Source: a virus. From it: a stretch of DNA of 34,902 bases. A program made the translations under genes and the position numbers. Under the pieces are notes generated by a model, which made no database searches, had not been told where the DNA came from, and saw only the letters and a program-made list of their open reading frames with translations. The stretch spans positions 1 to 34,902 of the IMG/VR virus record IMGVR_UViG_3300017742_000046. One strand, written 5' to 3'. Below, piece by piece: positions 1 to 6,682 of this stretch (position 1 is the stretch's first letter; each line of letters opens with the position of its first letter).

Positions 1-123
1 AGCTTCCTGCATCTCCTTCGTGCCGATCACAGATGCAATACGGCTGCGCTCTTGGAAGCTGGCGTTGTTAATAAACTCTTGGGCGTTCGGGCTGTTGAAG
101 CCTGGGAACTTAGCCAAGCCAAC
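1..123. repeat. Terminal overlap: bases 1-123 are identical to 34780-34902. The contig closes on itself, giving 34,779 unique bp.
   Basis: The string agcttcctgcatctccttcgtgccgatcac...cttagccaagccaac is present at both ends in the same orientation. One minus-strand reading frame runs through the junction without a stop. Confidence 0.95.
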
Positions 124-1245
124 CAAATCCTGATCTCCGCCTGCACCAGCTTGGCGAATGGCGTCATCTAGTGCGCTGACCACGTTCGAACCAATGCGAC
201 CATCTCTGACATATGCGTCAGTTGTTTTGATTAGAGAGTTAATAAAGCTGATGTTCGACTTGTGACTTGTCGGGTTCATCGCTGTAACAGCAATCAGATC
301 TGCACCTTTGCCAGCTTTCTTTGTCCCAATACCTTTGCCTTGAACGGCCCAGATTAGACCATTCTCTTGGCTTGATGGCAGCAGCGGGAAGCCTGGGCCA
401 CCCATCATCACCTCTGGAACATCAATCAGCGAACTGTCGATGCCCTTGTAGAAACCACCAGCGCGCGTCAGGTCAGCCACTGTTGGGATAATGCGAGCAT
501 CTTCCAAATCTCTAGGCGTAATGCGCGGTGCATCTACTGGGGTTTGATCGGGAATGTCTGGTAAACCACCGACAACATCAGCGCCAACACCCTGCGCCAT
601 AGATGGATCACCACGGCCACGAATAAAGTCAAAATCAAGTCCACCAAGCGCTCTGGTGTTACCAATCACGTCTGCCATGAATGGGCTGTCGTAGATCTCA
701 CGGGCTAGAATACTTGCGCCCTCTGCTACTGGCTTGGTCAACGGAAACGCCTCTGCAACGCCAAGGCCAGCCTCTAGGCCACCCAAGCCCATCTTGAGGT
801 AATCACCTTCCCGATAGCCCTCGACAGCTGTTCCGCCACCCTCTTCGATGCCATACACAGCGCCCAGTGGCGTTAGATCCGCCAAGCCAAGACCGTCTAG
901 GATGTTCTGAGATGTCGGGCTGGTGTCGCCCATGATGTCGCGTGCGTATCGACCAGCGACATATGGATCTAGGCCCATGCGATTGATTAAAGCGTCCTGA
1001 ACAAGCTGCGTATCCATCTCGCGCATGGTGTAGTCTGGCGCTTGGAGCGTGCCGTAAGTCGCTTCAGCCGCGGCAATGTCTTGCGGTGTTAGACGTGAAG
1101 GTGTTCTGGGAATACGACTAGAAGGCTGCAAGTTGCCGCGATACATAGACACTTCTTCTGGCGTAAAACCAGCAGCGAGAAAGTCATCATCGACCAGACC
1201 TGCTATTGATCGGTCGTATTCTGCTAGTTCTGCCAGTCTGTCCAT
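1..1245 (-). CDS. N-terminal 415 codons of an 850-aa ORF of unknown function in the packaging operon. It continues across the contig junction into 34779..33472.
   Basis: ATG at 1245-1243 overlaps the terS stop (TAATG). My hand translation (MDRLAELAEYDRSIAGLVDDDFLAAGFTPEEVSMYRGNLQPSS...) stays open to base 1. No competing ORF of 60 aa or more is listed for 1-1075. The frame matches the ORF 33472..34896 through the 123-bp overlap. Confidence 0.85.
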   Translation of the reverse strand, partial: MDRLAELAEYDRSIAGLVDDDFLAAGFTPEEVSMYRGNLQPSSRIPRTPSRLTPQDIAAAEATYGTLQAPDYTMREMDTQLVQDALINRMGLDPYVAGRYARDIMGDTSPTSQNILDGLGLADLTPLGAVYGIEEGGGTAVEGYREGDYLKMGLGGLEAGLGVAEAFPLTKPVAEGASILAREIYDSPFMADVIGNTRALGGLDFDFIRGRGDPSMAQGVGADVVGGLPDIPDQTPVDAPRITPRDLEDARIIPTVADLTRAGGFYKGIDSSLIDVPEVMMGGPGFPLLPSSQENGLIWAVQGKGIGTKKAGKGADLIAVTAMNPTSHKSNISFINSLIKTTDAYVRDGRIGSNVVSALDDAIRQAGAGGDQDLVGLAKFPGFNSPNAQEFINNASFQERSRIASVIGTKEMQEA

Positions 1246-1643
1246 TACGCGTCCTTTGGATCTACAATCACCCGCTCGATTTTCTGCACGATTGGACCGC
1301 CTTCTGGCCCTGAGTGTTCATTCTTCACCGTGTCATGCCAATCGGCGCGAAACCTGTTCTTCATGTTGAAGATGTAGCTGGTTGCGTTGAAACCGTCGAT
1401 CCCACCAAACGTAGCCATGCGGCCATTTCGTTCCCACCATGCTTGCGAATAGCGTATTGCTTCCTTTACGGCCTCCGAAAAATCTTTTCTTTCGTTCTGC
1501 CATCTGTCGAAAGTGTCGTATGCAATATCAAGTTCCAGAGCCATTTCGCACTTGCTCATTCCTTGCTTTCCGCACTCAATCACCGTCTCGCACATCTTGG
1601 GTTCGTATTTAGTGGGTCTTCCCTGTTTCTTCTTAGCTGCCAT
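1245..1643 (-). CDS. terS: Terminase small subunit (putative)
   Basis: 132 aa. The N-terminal segment KKKQGRPTKYEPKMCETVIECGKQGMSKCEMALELDIAYDTFDRWQ looks like an HTH. The C-terminal NATSYIFNMKNRFRADW is typical of small-terminase families. A GAGGTG RBS lies 6 nt before ATG 1643. It is the first gene of the packaging block. Confidence 0.7.
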   Translation of the reverse strand: MAAKKKQGRPTKYEPKMCETVIECGKQGMSKCEMALELDIAYDTFDRWQNERKDFSEAVKEAIRYSQAWWERNGRMATFGGIDGFNATSYIFNMKNRFRADWHDTVKNEHSGPEGGPIVQKIERVIVDPKDA

Positions 1644-1712
1644 TTTACACCTCATATCTCAGCCAAGCGGACTGGACGCATGGCTGCAATATAAAGCAAA
1701 GATGGTGTTATA

Positions 1713-2000
1713 TCAATCTTTGCTGGCAACCTCACCACCACACGCTGCGTAACCAGCCATGTCGATCCAGTTGTCTTGGTGCTTTGGGTTATCCCATGCC
1801 CTGACGGTCTTCAGATCAAGCATCATGATTGCGACCTGATCTGCCCTGATAGATACGCCAAGACGTGCGCTCCATATTGCGGCCAGCTTCGAAAAGCTGT
1901 CTTCTGCATCACCGTGGGTGGATGCTCTGTCTTTGGTGACGTATTCGTTTGCTGTTTCCAGAATGTGCGTTCGGTTCACGATCTGTCCTCCACTGGTCAA
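1713..2000 (-). CDS. Hypothetical protein of a conserved phage family (DUF6378-like, from memory)
   Basis: 95 aa. The motif THGDAEDSFSKLAAIWSARLG..ADQVAIMMLDLKTVRAW..DNWIDMAGYAA resembles a widespread small phage protein family. There is a 4-nt overlap with the upstream gene. Confidence 0.6.
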   Translation of the reverse strand: MTSGGQIVNRTHILETANEYVTKDRASTHGDAEDSFSKLAAIWSARLGVSIRADQVAIMMLDLKTVRAWDNPKHQDNWIDMAGYAACGGEVASKD

Positions 2001-2320
2001 TCGGCTTGATCCTGATACTTCCCGTTCCCGTATGATGCGGGTTCTTCTATGCGGTGAATTTCGAAAAGGGGCGATAAAATATCGTTCACAGCGGCGTCAA
2101 ACGTGCCTAGACTATCCTGCCTTCTCCACAATTTTTTAACCACAGCCTCTAACTCTTTTACGCGGGCTTCGTGGATGTCCGCGCGGACGTATTGCTGCCC
2201 TGAAAGGTCGTCATTTACATAACTATCCTTGTGCGCAACTCGTAACTCATCGATCCAGCTTGGTGCGTTGTTTACAGCTTCGCAAGCGTCCACCCAAATC
2301 CGTTCTGGTGCTTCGCTCAT
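1997..2320 (-). CDS. Hypothetical protein
   Basis: 107-aa ORF in the operon frame chain, with 4-nt overlaps at both ends. No motif recognised. Confidence 0.6.
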   Translation of the reverse strand: MSEAPERIWVDACEAVNNAPSWIDELRVAHKDSYVNDDLSGQQYVRADIHEARVKELEAVVKKLWRRQDSLGTFDAAVNDILSPLFEIHRIEEPASYGNGKYQDQAD

Positions 2321-2697
2321 GATGCCTCAACCTCATCGTAATAAGCGTCAAGCAGGGCACTCACGGCCAGTTCGGCTACGGTTACATTCATTCGCTCCGC
2401 TTCAGCAGTGACCCAATCTCGAAACTCTACGTTCTTCTGCGAATGCGGGAAGAATGCGCGCCGTATAGAACCATAGAAAAAATCTGAGCGAAGCTGGCCT
2501 CGCGCATCGCGCACGGTCTGCTGAGAAATCAGGCTCTCGTCTAATGCACGTCGCTTGATCCTTGAGACCTGTGAACAGCTAAGGCCCACCATTTGACCGA
2601 TCTCAGTCAGCGTCAGTCGCGGTGCCGTCTGAATATAGAGCGGCTTGATCACTCTCCAGCGCTCTTTGAACGCCTCTCTGCTTTCCATTTTACCCAT
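2317..2697 (-). CDS. HTH DNA-binding protein (sigma-70 region 4 / LuxR-like helix-turn-helix), possible transcription regulator
   Basis: 126 aa. The segment LTLTEIGQMVGLSCSQVSRIKRRAL is a typical HTH. It is located two genes upstream of terS. Confidence 0.55.
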   Translation of the reverse strand: MGKMESREAFKERWRVIKPLYIQTAPRLTLTEIGQMVGLSCSQVSRIKRRALDESLISQQTVRDARGQLRSDFFYGSIRRAFFPHSQKNVEFRDWVTAEAERMNVTVAELAVSALLDAYYDEVEAS

Positions 2698-2869
2698 TTT
2701 TGCTCTCCTTTGATTTCTTTAGTTCAGCTTTGTACTTACCCCAAGCAGCACGGGAAGCAGTATCAGCCTCATAAGAAGCATCTTGAGCAGCCAATACAGC
2801 CGTCCGAGCATCCCAAGCAACACGATGAGCAGCATGATAAGCCGCCTTTAGTTCTGCAAGCTTAGTCAT
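2690..2869 (-). CDS. Small Ala-rich helical hypothetical protein (59 aa, below the ORF-track cutoff)
   Basis: Hand translation: MTKLAELKAAYHAAHRVAWDARTAVLAAQDASYEADTASRAAWGKYKAELKKSKESKNG. It fills the 2698-2861 gap and overlaps both neighbours by 8 nt. The listed + ORF 2593..2865 is its antisense shadow. Confidence 0.5.
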   Translation of the reverse strand: MTKLAELKAAYHAAHRVAWDARTAVLAAQDASYEADTASRAAWGKYKAELKKSKESKNG

Positions 2870-3053
2870 TATTCTGCGCCTTCTTCAGATCTGCCAACAA
2901 TTGCAGCTTGTCTTTCCGCAAACGCTGCACAGCCTCACTCAAGCGCTTGATTTCGTCCGCTTGCGTCGCGGCCTTGCTCTGCCATTTCTTTGCGTTGGCA
3001 GCCTCGATGTTCAAGCTGGTTAGAAGGCTGCTGACTGTTTCATCTGTGCTCAT
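2862..3053 (-). CDS. Hypothetical coiled-coil protein
   Basis: 63 aa with heptad-like sequence (EIKRLSEAVQRLRKDKLQLLADLKKAQ). ATGA overlap with the upstream gene. Confidence 0.55.
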   Translation of the reverse strand: MSTDETVSSLLTSLNIEAANAKKWQSKAATQADEIKRLSEAVQRLRKDKLQLLADLKKAQNND

Positions 3054-3241
3054 ATGTTAAACCCTTCGATACGTCGATCGCTCACGAACTTTTTAAGATT
3101 CGATTTTGCTTCCCAATATTGCCGGCCGGCACCTGGTGGCGCGTCAAACGTGTTCAGTAGAGCCTCTGCCCAGAAATCTACTTGTTGCCGGAGAAATTTA
3201 AGCTCTGAGGCTTGGGCGGGCGGTAGTTCGTTTTGGATCAT
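3050..3241 (-). CDS. Hypothetical protein
   Basis: 63-aa ORF with a TAATG overlap upstream and an ATGA overlap downstream. Confidence 0.55.
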   Translation of the reverse strand: MIQNELPPAQASELKFLRQQVDFWAEALLNTFDAPPGAGRQYWEAKSNLKKFVSDRRIEGFNI

Positions 3242-3426
3242 TATTTTCCCTCCAACTTAGACAATTCCAGCATCGCTCTCTTAAGTGAAACGCGGTCTAT
3301 TGCGAGATCAGCCGATGCCGTGCTTGATCGCAAACCTGAGCCATAGCCCCGCTCTGCGCGCTTGATGGACGCATCCTTGTAGCGGATGAAATCCCGCAGG
3401 GCTTGGATGCGCTGGTGGTCATTCAT
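3241..3426 (-). CDS. Hypothetical protein
   Basis: 61 aa counted from ATG 3426 (MNDHQRIQALRDF...), which overlaps the stop of the pentapeptide gene (ATGA). The longer track ORF start at 3441 is less likely. Confidence 0.55.
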   Translation of the reverse strand: MNDHQRIQALRDFIRYKDASIKRAERGYGSGLRSSTASADLAIDRVSLKRAMLELSKLEGK

Positions 3427-3653
3427 CGCTTCAGCCTCCATGTGTCAAAAATTATAGCACCTTCCAGATTGGCCCAGCGCAGATCGGCATTGCTCAGATC
3501 GGCACCGCTCAGATTGGCATTGCTCAGATCGGCCCCGCTCAGATCGGCATTGCTCAGATCGGCACCTTTCAGATTGGCTTTCGCACCCTTTGAGTTATCC
3601 GCAAGCCATTCACTATGGGCTGCGAGGACTGCTTTAAGATCTTCTTGTGTCAT
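3423..3653 (-). CDS. Pentapeptide-repeat protein (76 aa)
   Basis: ANLKGADLSNADLSGADLSNANLSGADLSNADLRWANLEGAI gives about eight consecutive A(D/N)LxX pentapeptides. A GGGAGGA RBS precedes ATG 3653. ATGA overlap with the upstream gene. Confidence 0.85.
   Translation of the reverse strand: MTQEDLKAVLAAHSEWLADNSKGAKANLKGADLSNADLSGADLSNANLSGADLSNADLRWANLEGAIIFDTWRLKR
3465..3584. repeat. Eight tandem 15-bp units (cagatYggcNNNNNN) forming the coding repeat of the pentapeptide gene
   Basis: Units start at 3465, 3480, 3495, 3510, 3525, 3540, 3555 and 3570. Units 3480, 3510 and 3540 are nearly identical (cagatYggcattgct). Confidence 0.9.
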
Positions 3654-3832
3654 TTTTTTTCCTCCCAGAGTTTACTAACCCTGTGCTTTAGGTTTTTTTG
3701 TGCTGGGTGCTTTTTTATGAAGGCGCGGCGCTGTTCGAGACTTGGCAAGCTTAGAACGTGCCGTGCAGCGCTTTCTATCCACTGATCCTTGCAGGCTTGT
3801 GCATATGCCTGCTTGGTCTGCGTGTCGGGCAA
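3650..3832 (-). CDS. Hypothetical protein (TTG start)
   Basis: 60 aa. There is no ATG in the open frame. The TTG at 3832 is preceded by GGTGAGG at 5-nt spacing. Confidence 0.5.
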   Translation of the reverse strand: MPDTQTKQAYAQACKDQWIESAARHVLSLPSLEQRRAFIKKHPAQKNLKHRVSKLWEEKK

Positions 3833-3876
3833 GTAAACCTCACCTGCACCGACTGGATCACCCTCACGCCACGGCT

Positions 3877-4335
3877 TTAAAATGGGATTTCATCATCTAG
3901 GTCACGCCCCATTGCGCCACCGCCGCTATTGCCATAACTGCCGCCACCTTGGTTGCCGCCGCCATAGCCACCTTGGTTGTCGGTGCGACCATCAAGCATC
4001 GTCATGACGCCATCATAGCCATTCAAAACCACTTCTGTGGAATACCGATCCTGACCTGATTGATCCTGCCACTTGCGTGTCTGCAATTTGCCTTCGATGT
4101 AAATTTTGGAGCCTTTGCGCAAATATTGCTCCGCGATACGCGCGATACCTTCTTGGAGAATGGCAACCGTGTGCCATTCGGTCTTCTCTCTGCGTTCGCC
4201 AGTGTTCTTGTCCTTCCAATTCTCAGACGTGGCGATGCGCAAATTGCAGACCTTGCCACCATTTTGAAATGTGCGCACTTCTGGGTCGGCCCCCAGATTG
4301 CCAATGATGATAACTTTGTTGACTGAAGCGGCCAT
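3877..4335 (-). CDS. ssb: Single-stranded DNA-binding protein
   Basis: 152 aa. It has an OB-fold N-terminus ([16 protein letters not shown]...TEWHTV...[20 protein letters not shown]), a Gly-rich linker and an acidic DDEIPF tail. Confidence 0.95.
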   Translation of the reverse strand: MAASVNKVIIIGNLGADPEVRTFQNGGKVCNLRIATSENWKDKNTGERREKTEWHTVAILQEGIARIAEQYLRKGSKIYIEGKLQTRKWQDQSGQDRYSTEVVLNGYDGVMTMLDGRTDNQGGYGGGNQGGGSYGNSGGGAMGRDLDDEIPF

Positions 4336-4346
4336 GCTTGCCCCCT

Positions 4347-4529
4347 TTAAGATTGTGAAACGCGATAGAACTTGTCGATCATCCCGTGCTTGCGCATGAA
4401 ATTAACAACGTGCCTCGCTTGTTCTTCTGTTGCTAGGCCGCGATGACCAATGTCCTCAACACCGTAACCTTCTGACAGGTCTTTGATGATGCTGCGAACA
4501 AGTTCATCTGTCAGCCCAGCGCAATTCAT
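4347..4529 (-). CDS. Hypothetical protein
   Basis: 60-aa ORF in the operon orientation, 11 nt upstream of ssb. Confidence 0.5.
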   Translation of the reverse strand: MNCAGLTDELVRSIIKDLSEGYGVEDIGHRGLATEEQARHVVNFMRKHGMIDKFYRVSQS

Positions 4530-4553
4530 AAGTTTTTAGTCCAGTTGATTGGT

Positions 4554-4569
4554 GGGGTCCGAAGCCCCC
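4554..4569 (-). terminator. GC-rich UUCG-tetraloop hairpin downstream of gene 4575..4958
   Basis: The minus-strand RNA reads GGGGGC-UUCG-GACCCC, with one G/A mismatch, 5 nt after the stop. It has no clear U-tract. Confidence 0.4.
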
Positions 4570-4574
4570 GTTGG

Positions 4575-4958
4575 TTATGCTGCTAGTTTTTCAGCCTTCA
4601 AGATGCCCGATTTACAGGCGCTGCGGTTCCAATCGGTTGTGCCGATCACATCCCATTTCCAGTGGGATTTTGCCTCTGGGTGGCCTTGGTGCCACTCGTG
4701 GAAAAATTCGCCAGTGCAAAAGCAGATAGCGTCGACGCCAAAGTCTTTGGGATCAATATCAATGTTTTTGCCTTTTACTGCATGGCCAGCCTTTGCGTGC
4801 CACGACCAGCGTTCGTTTTTGCGGCCATGCAAGCCGGCAAGCTGAACCTTAAAAGTGTCTCCGCCTTTCTCGACGATCCAGCTTCCAGCGTAGTCAGTTA
4901 ATTTAATATCCCCCATCAGCTCGCCCTTGGTGCCGTTTGTGAAATCAAAAACTTTCAT
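4575..4958 (-). CDS. Hypothetical His/Trp/Cys-rich protein
   Basis: 127 aa with DAICFCTGEFFHEWHQGHPEAKSHWKW. Flanked by hairpins on both sides. Confidence 0.6.
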   Translation of the reverse strand: MKVFDFTNGTKGELMGDIKLTDYAGSWIVEKGGDTFKVQLAGLHGRKNERWSWHAKAGHAVKGKNIDIDPKDFGVDAICFCTGEFFHEWHQGHPEAKSHWKWDVIGTTDWNRSACKSGILKAEKLAA

Positions 4959-4982
4959 TTTTATACTTCCTTGATTTGGTTG

Positions 4983-5002
4983 TTGGGGGCCAAAGCCCCC
5001 AA
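4983..5002 (-). terminator. Perfect 8-bp GC-rich hairpin with a UUUG loop downstream of gene 5009..5269
   Basis: The minus-strand RNA reads UUGGGGGC-UUUG-GCCCCCAA and starts 6 nt after the TAA stop. Confidence 0.5.
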
Positions 5003-5008
5003 TAATGC

Positions 5009-5269
5009 TTACTTAATGAAGCATGGATTGTGCAGTGTGCCATCTGGCATCACGCGGCGGATTGCAGCAGAGGCATTGCCCATACGATCAACCCATGCGT
5101 CAGCAAGATTGCCAGCGTGTTCCACATCGTCAGCGTCCAGCTCAACGAAACGATCAGCAACAGACATGTCGCTAGATGTTTCAACATGAACAACGAACGC
5201 TGGCTTGCGCTCAACAATACGCTGACCAGCAGCATCTGCGGAAAGAAGAAAAGAAAGAGAATGTGCCAT
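5009..5269 (-). CDS. Hypothetical acidic protein (moron-like unit)
   Basis: 86 aa, about 13 acidic versus 8 basic residues. It is preceded by a 121-bp gap with a promoter-like motif and followed by a hairpin. Confidence 0.6.
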   Translation of the reverse strand: MAHSLSFLLSADAAGQRIVERKPAFVVHVETSSDMSVADRFVELDADDVEHAGNLADAWVDRMGNASAAIRRVMPDGTLHNPCFIK

Positions 5270-5337
5270 GAGACCCTCCAGTCTGGCTGCGCTGCGTGGC
5301 GGAATTGCCGCGCTTGGCGCTATGTCTTGTTGAAATT

Positions 5338-5387
5338 AGATTATCTCCACACAACACCATATGCAAGGTTTAATTTGCACTTTGCAC
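5338..5387 (-). promoter_or_regulatory. Candidate internal promoter plus operator-like ATGCAA-N8-TTGCAC motif
   Basis: On the minus strand: TTGCAT (5366-5361), 17-nt spacer, TAATCT (5343-5338). The plus-strand string ATGCAAggtttaatTTGCAC (5361-5380) has the same architecture as 7504-7523. An extra TTGCAC lies at 5382-5387. Confidence 0.35.
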
Positions 5388-5390
5388 ATT

Positions 5391-5807
5391 TTATTTATCA
5401 CTTCCGCCAAATTTCTTCACAGAAAATCCAGCTTGAGCCATGATTTCATCTGCGCGTTCTTTGCTCATCCGCTCTCTGGGCTGCGTTGCAATCAGCGGGA
5501 CGTGACCTCTGTCGAAGCTGTTGATCGCTGCGCGTGCAACCATCAGCGGTCCAAGTTCTTTCTGGGCGCGCTCTGCGATGTCGCCTGTCATGGGCTTCTT
5601 GCGGCGATCTGGATTGTCTTTGCCGATCCACCAGCGAACAGCCTTGGCAATCGACCAGGCTGGGAAGTCTTTCAATTCGTGATACCAATCATCTGCGATC
5701 GACTTCATCATGCCTTCGGAGATGTCACCTTGGAAATACTGAGCAAGCAATGAAGCAATGCGTCCAGTGATCCACTTCGCGGGCGCAGGCGTATAGAGTT
5801 TGTTCAT
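5391..5807 (-). CDS. Putative helicase-loader-like protein (G39P-like segment); start uncertain
   Basis: The ORF is open from 6044 and overlaps the upstream gene by 215 nt. ATG 5807 is the first start beyond that gene's stop; alternative ATGs are at 5891 and 6044. SIADDWYHELKDFPAWSIAKAVRWWIGKDNPDRRKKPMTGDIAERA recalls the G39P loader family (from memory). Confidence 0.45.
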   Translation of the reverse strand: MNKLYTPAPAKWITGRIASLLAQYFQGDISEGMMKSIADDWYHELKDFPAWSIAKAVRWWIGKDNPDRRKKPMTGDIAERAQKELGPLMVARAAINSFDRGHVPLIATQPRERMSKERADEIMAQAGFSVKKFGGSDK

Positions 5808-5829
5808 AGCCTCTTCGAGCGCGTCACGC

Positions 5830-6522
5830 TCAGTCTTCGAAGTCAGCGGCGTATGCAGCAAATCCCGCCATGAGCGCGTTATGTCCTCCATTTGCTCTGG
5901 TGGGACGTGATCGGGCAAACTTCTTAGCGTTTCCAAGCCATGTCCGCCAAGCAGCGTCCCAATCTTTGAATGTTGATCCTTTGGCGTGGTGATAATTTCT
6001 GAACTGCTCTGCTTCATGGTTTGTTTCCTCCGTTGAAAAGCCACGTTTCATTGCGTCTTCGATGTTACGATCTGATGGCACCCAATTATCAGGCAACGAA
6101 CAAGAGCGCTTGCGCTTTGCTGGTTTTGGGTCTTCTGACCCAAATAAAGTATCTGGTTTAATATCTGGTTTACTAACTGGTATAGGTTCGCCCTTCTGGG
6201 CAGTTCCATTTGCCTTTTTGGGCAATTGGATTGGCCCCGATGGGCAATACCATTTTGTTCGATCGTAACCTGCCTTGTTGAAGCTGCCTGACAGTATCAA
6301 TCCAGCCTCTTCCAGCTTATCCAAAGCCGTTCTGATCTGCTTGGATGTAAGGTATGGAAAAAGAGCATCGAACGCTTTGATGCTGTTGTAGGTCCAATGA
6401 CGACCATCGTGCAGGTGCTTGCCATTCGCGGCGTTTTTCTGCGTCCACCAAACAATGTTCTGATAAAGAACAGCGGCATTAACGCCAACTTTCGTTGCAA
6501 TCTCTGGATCAAAGCTGTGCAT
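5830..6522 (-). CDS. Replication initiation / replisome organizer protein (winged-helix N-terminus, DnaD-like)
   Basis: 230 aa. The N-terminus VLYQNIVWWTQKNAANGKHLHDGRHWTYNSIKAFDALFPYLTSKQIRTALDKLEEAGLI has a typical phage replication-protein wHTH. The C-terminal AEQFRNYHHAKGSTFKDWDAAWRTWLGNA motif is also typical. Confidence 0.65.
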   Translation of the reverse strand: MHSFDPEIATKVGVNAAVLYQNIVWWTQKNAANGKHLHDGRHWTYNSIKAFDALFPYLTSKQIRTALDKLEEAGLILSGSFNKAGYDRTKWYCPSGPIQLPKKANGTAQKGEPIPVSKPDIKPDTLFGSEDPKPAKRKRSCSLPDNWVPSDRNIEDAMKRGFSTEETNHEAEQFRNYHHAKGSTFKDWDAAWRTWLGNAKKFARSRPTRANGGHNALMAGFAAYAADFED

Positions 6523-6555
6523 CGACTTTTCCTTTTCTCTTGTGGAAACGTCGAT

Positions 6556-6671
6556 CCTGAACTATATTCAGGTCAACGCATCCGCCTATGCGTTTCGCCT
6601 TCACTGTCGTATCCTCCCCGACAGCAGGCATTACTGGGACGGGTTGAGCGCTTGGACACGCTCCCCGTCCC
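6556..6671 (-). promoter_or_regulatory. Structured intergenic region with four consecutive stem-loops
   Basis: Hairpin 1, 6556-6572: CCTGAA/TTCAGG. Hairpin 2, 6575-6594: AACGCAT/ATGCGTT. Hairpin 3, 6604-6624: CTGTCG/CGACAG. Hairpin 4, 6636-6671: GGGACGGG-tt-GAGCG / CGCTC-CCCGTCCC, 13 bp with an 8-nt loop. The function (ori, antitermination RNA or terminator) is unknown. Confidence 0.5.
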
Positions 6672-6682
6672 GACATTTTATA

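Noticed and set aside
1-123. The 123-bp identical ends as biological direct terminal repeats (T7/N4-style), or as boundaries of a mobile element
   Set aside because: A single ORF reads through the junction in frame. The packaging and head genes are P22-like (headful, circularly permuted). Assembly closure is the simpler explanation. Read-terminus analysis would be needed to say otherwise.
3403-3678. Plus-strand ORF encoding a LLRSAP-repeat protein, and the idea that the 15-bp tandem units are a CRISPR-like or satellite array
   Set aside because: It is the antisense shadow of the pentapeptide-repeat gene. The units are contiguous with no spacers and keep a 5-codon period. The minus-strand ORF has a strong RBS and operon coupling.
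4013-4304. Alternative-frame ORFs inside ssb: 4013..4219 (-), 4023..4304 (-), 4060..4326 (+), 4077..4307 (+)
   Set aside because: The ssb frame has unmistakable OB-fold and acidic-tail motifs. The other frames are Arg/Cys-rich translations typical of non-coding frames.
5830-6044. Programmed ribosomal frameshift fusing the replication initiator to the downstream ORF
   Set aside because: The downstream frame is +1 rather than the common -1. I saw no slippery heptamer or downstream structure. An internal ATG start explains the layout.
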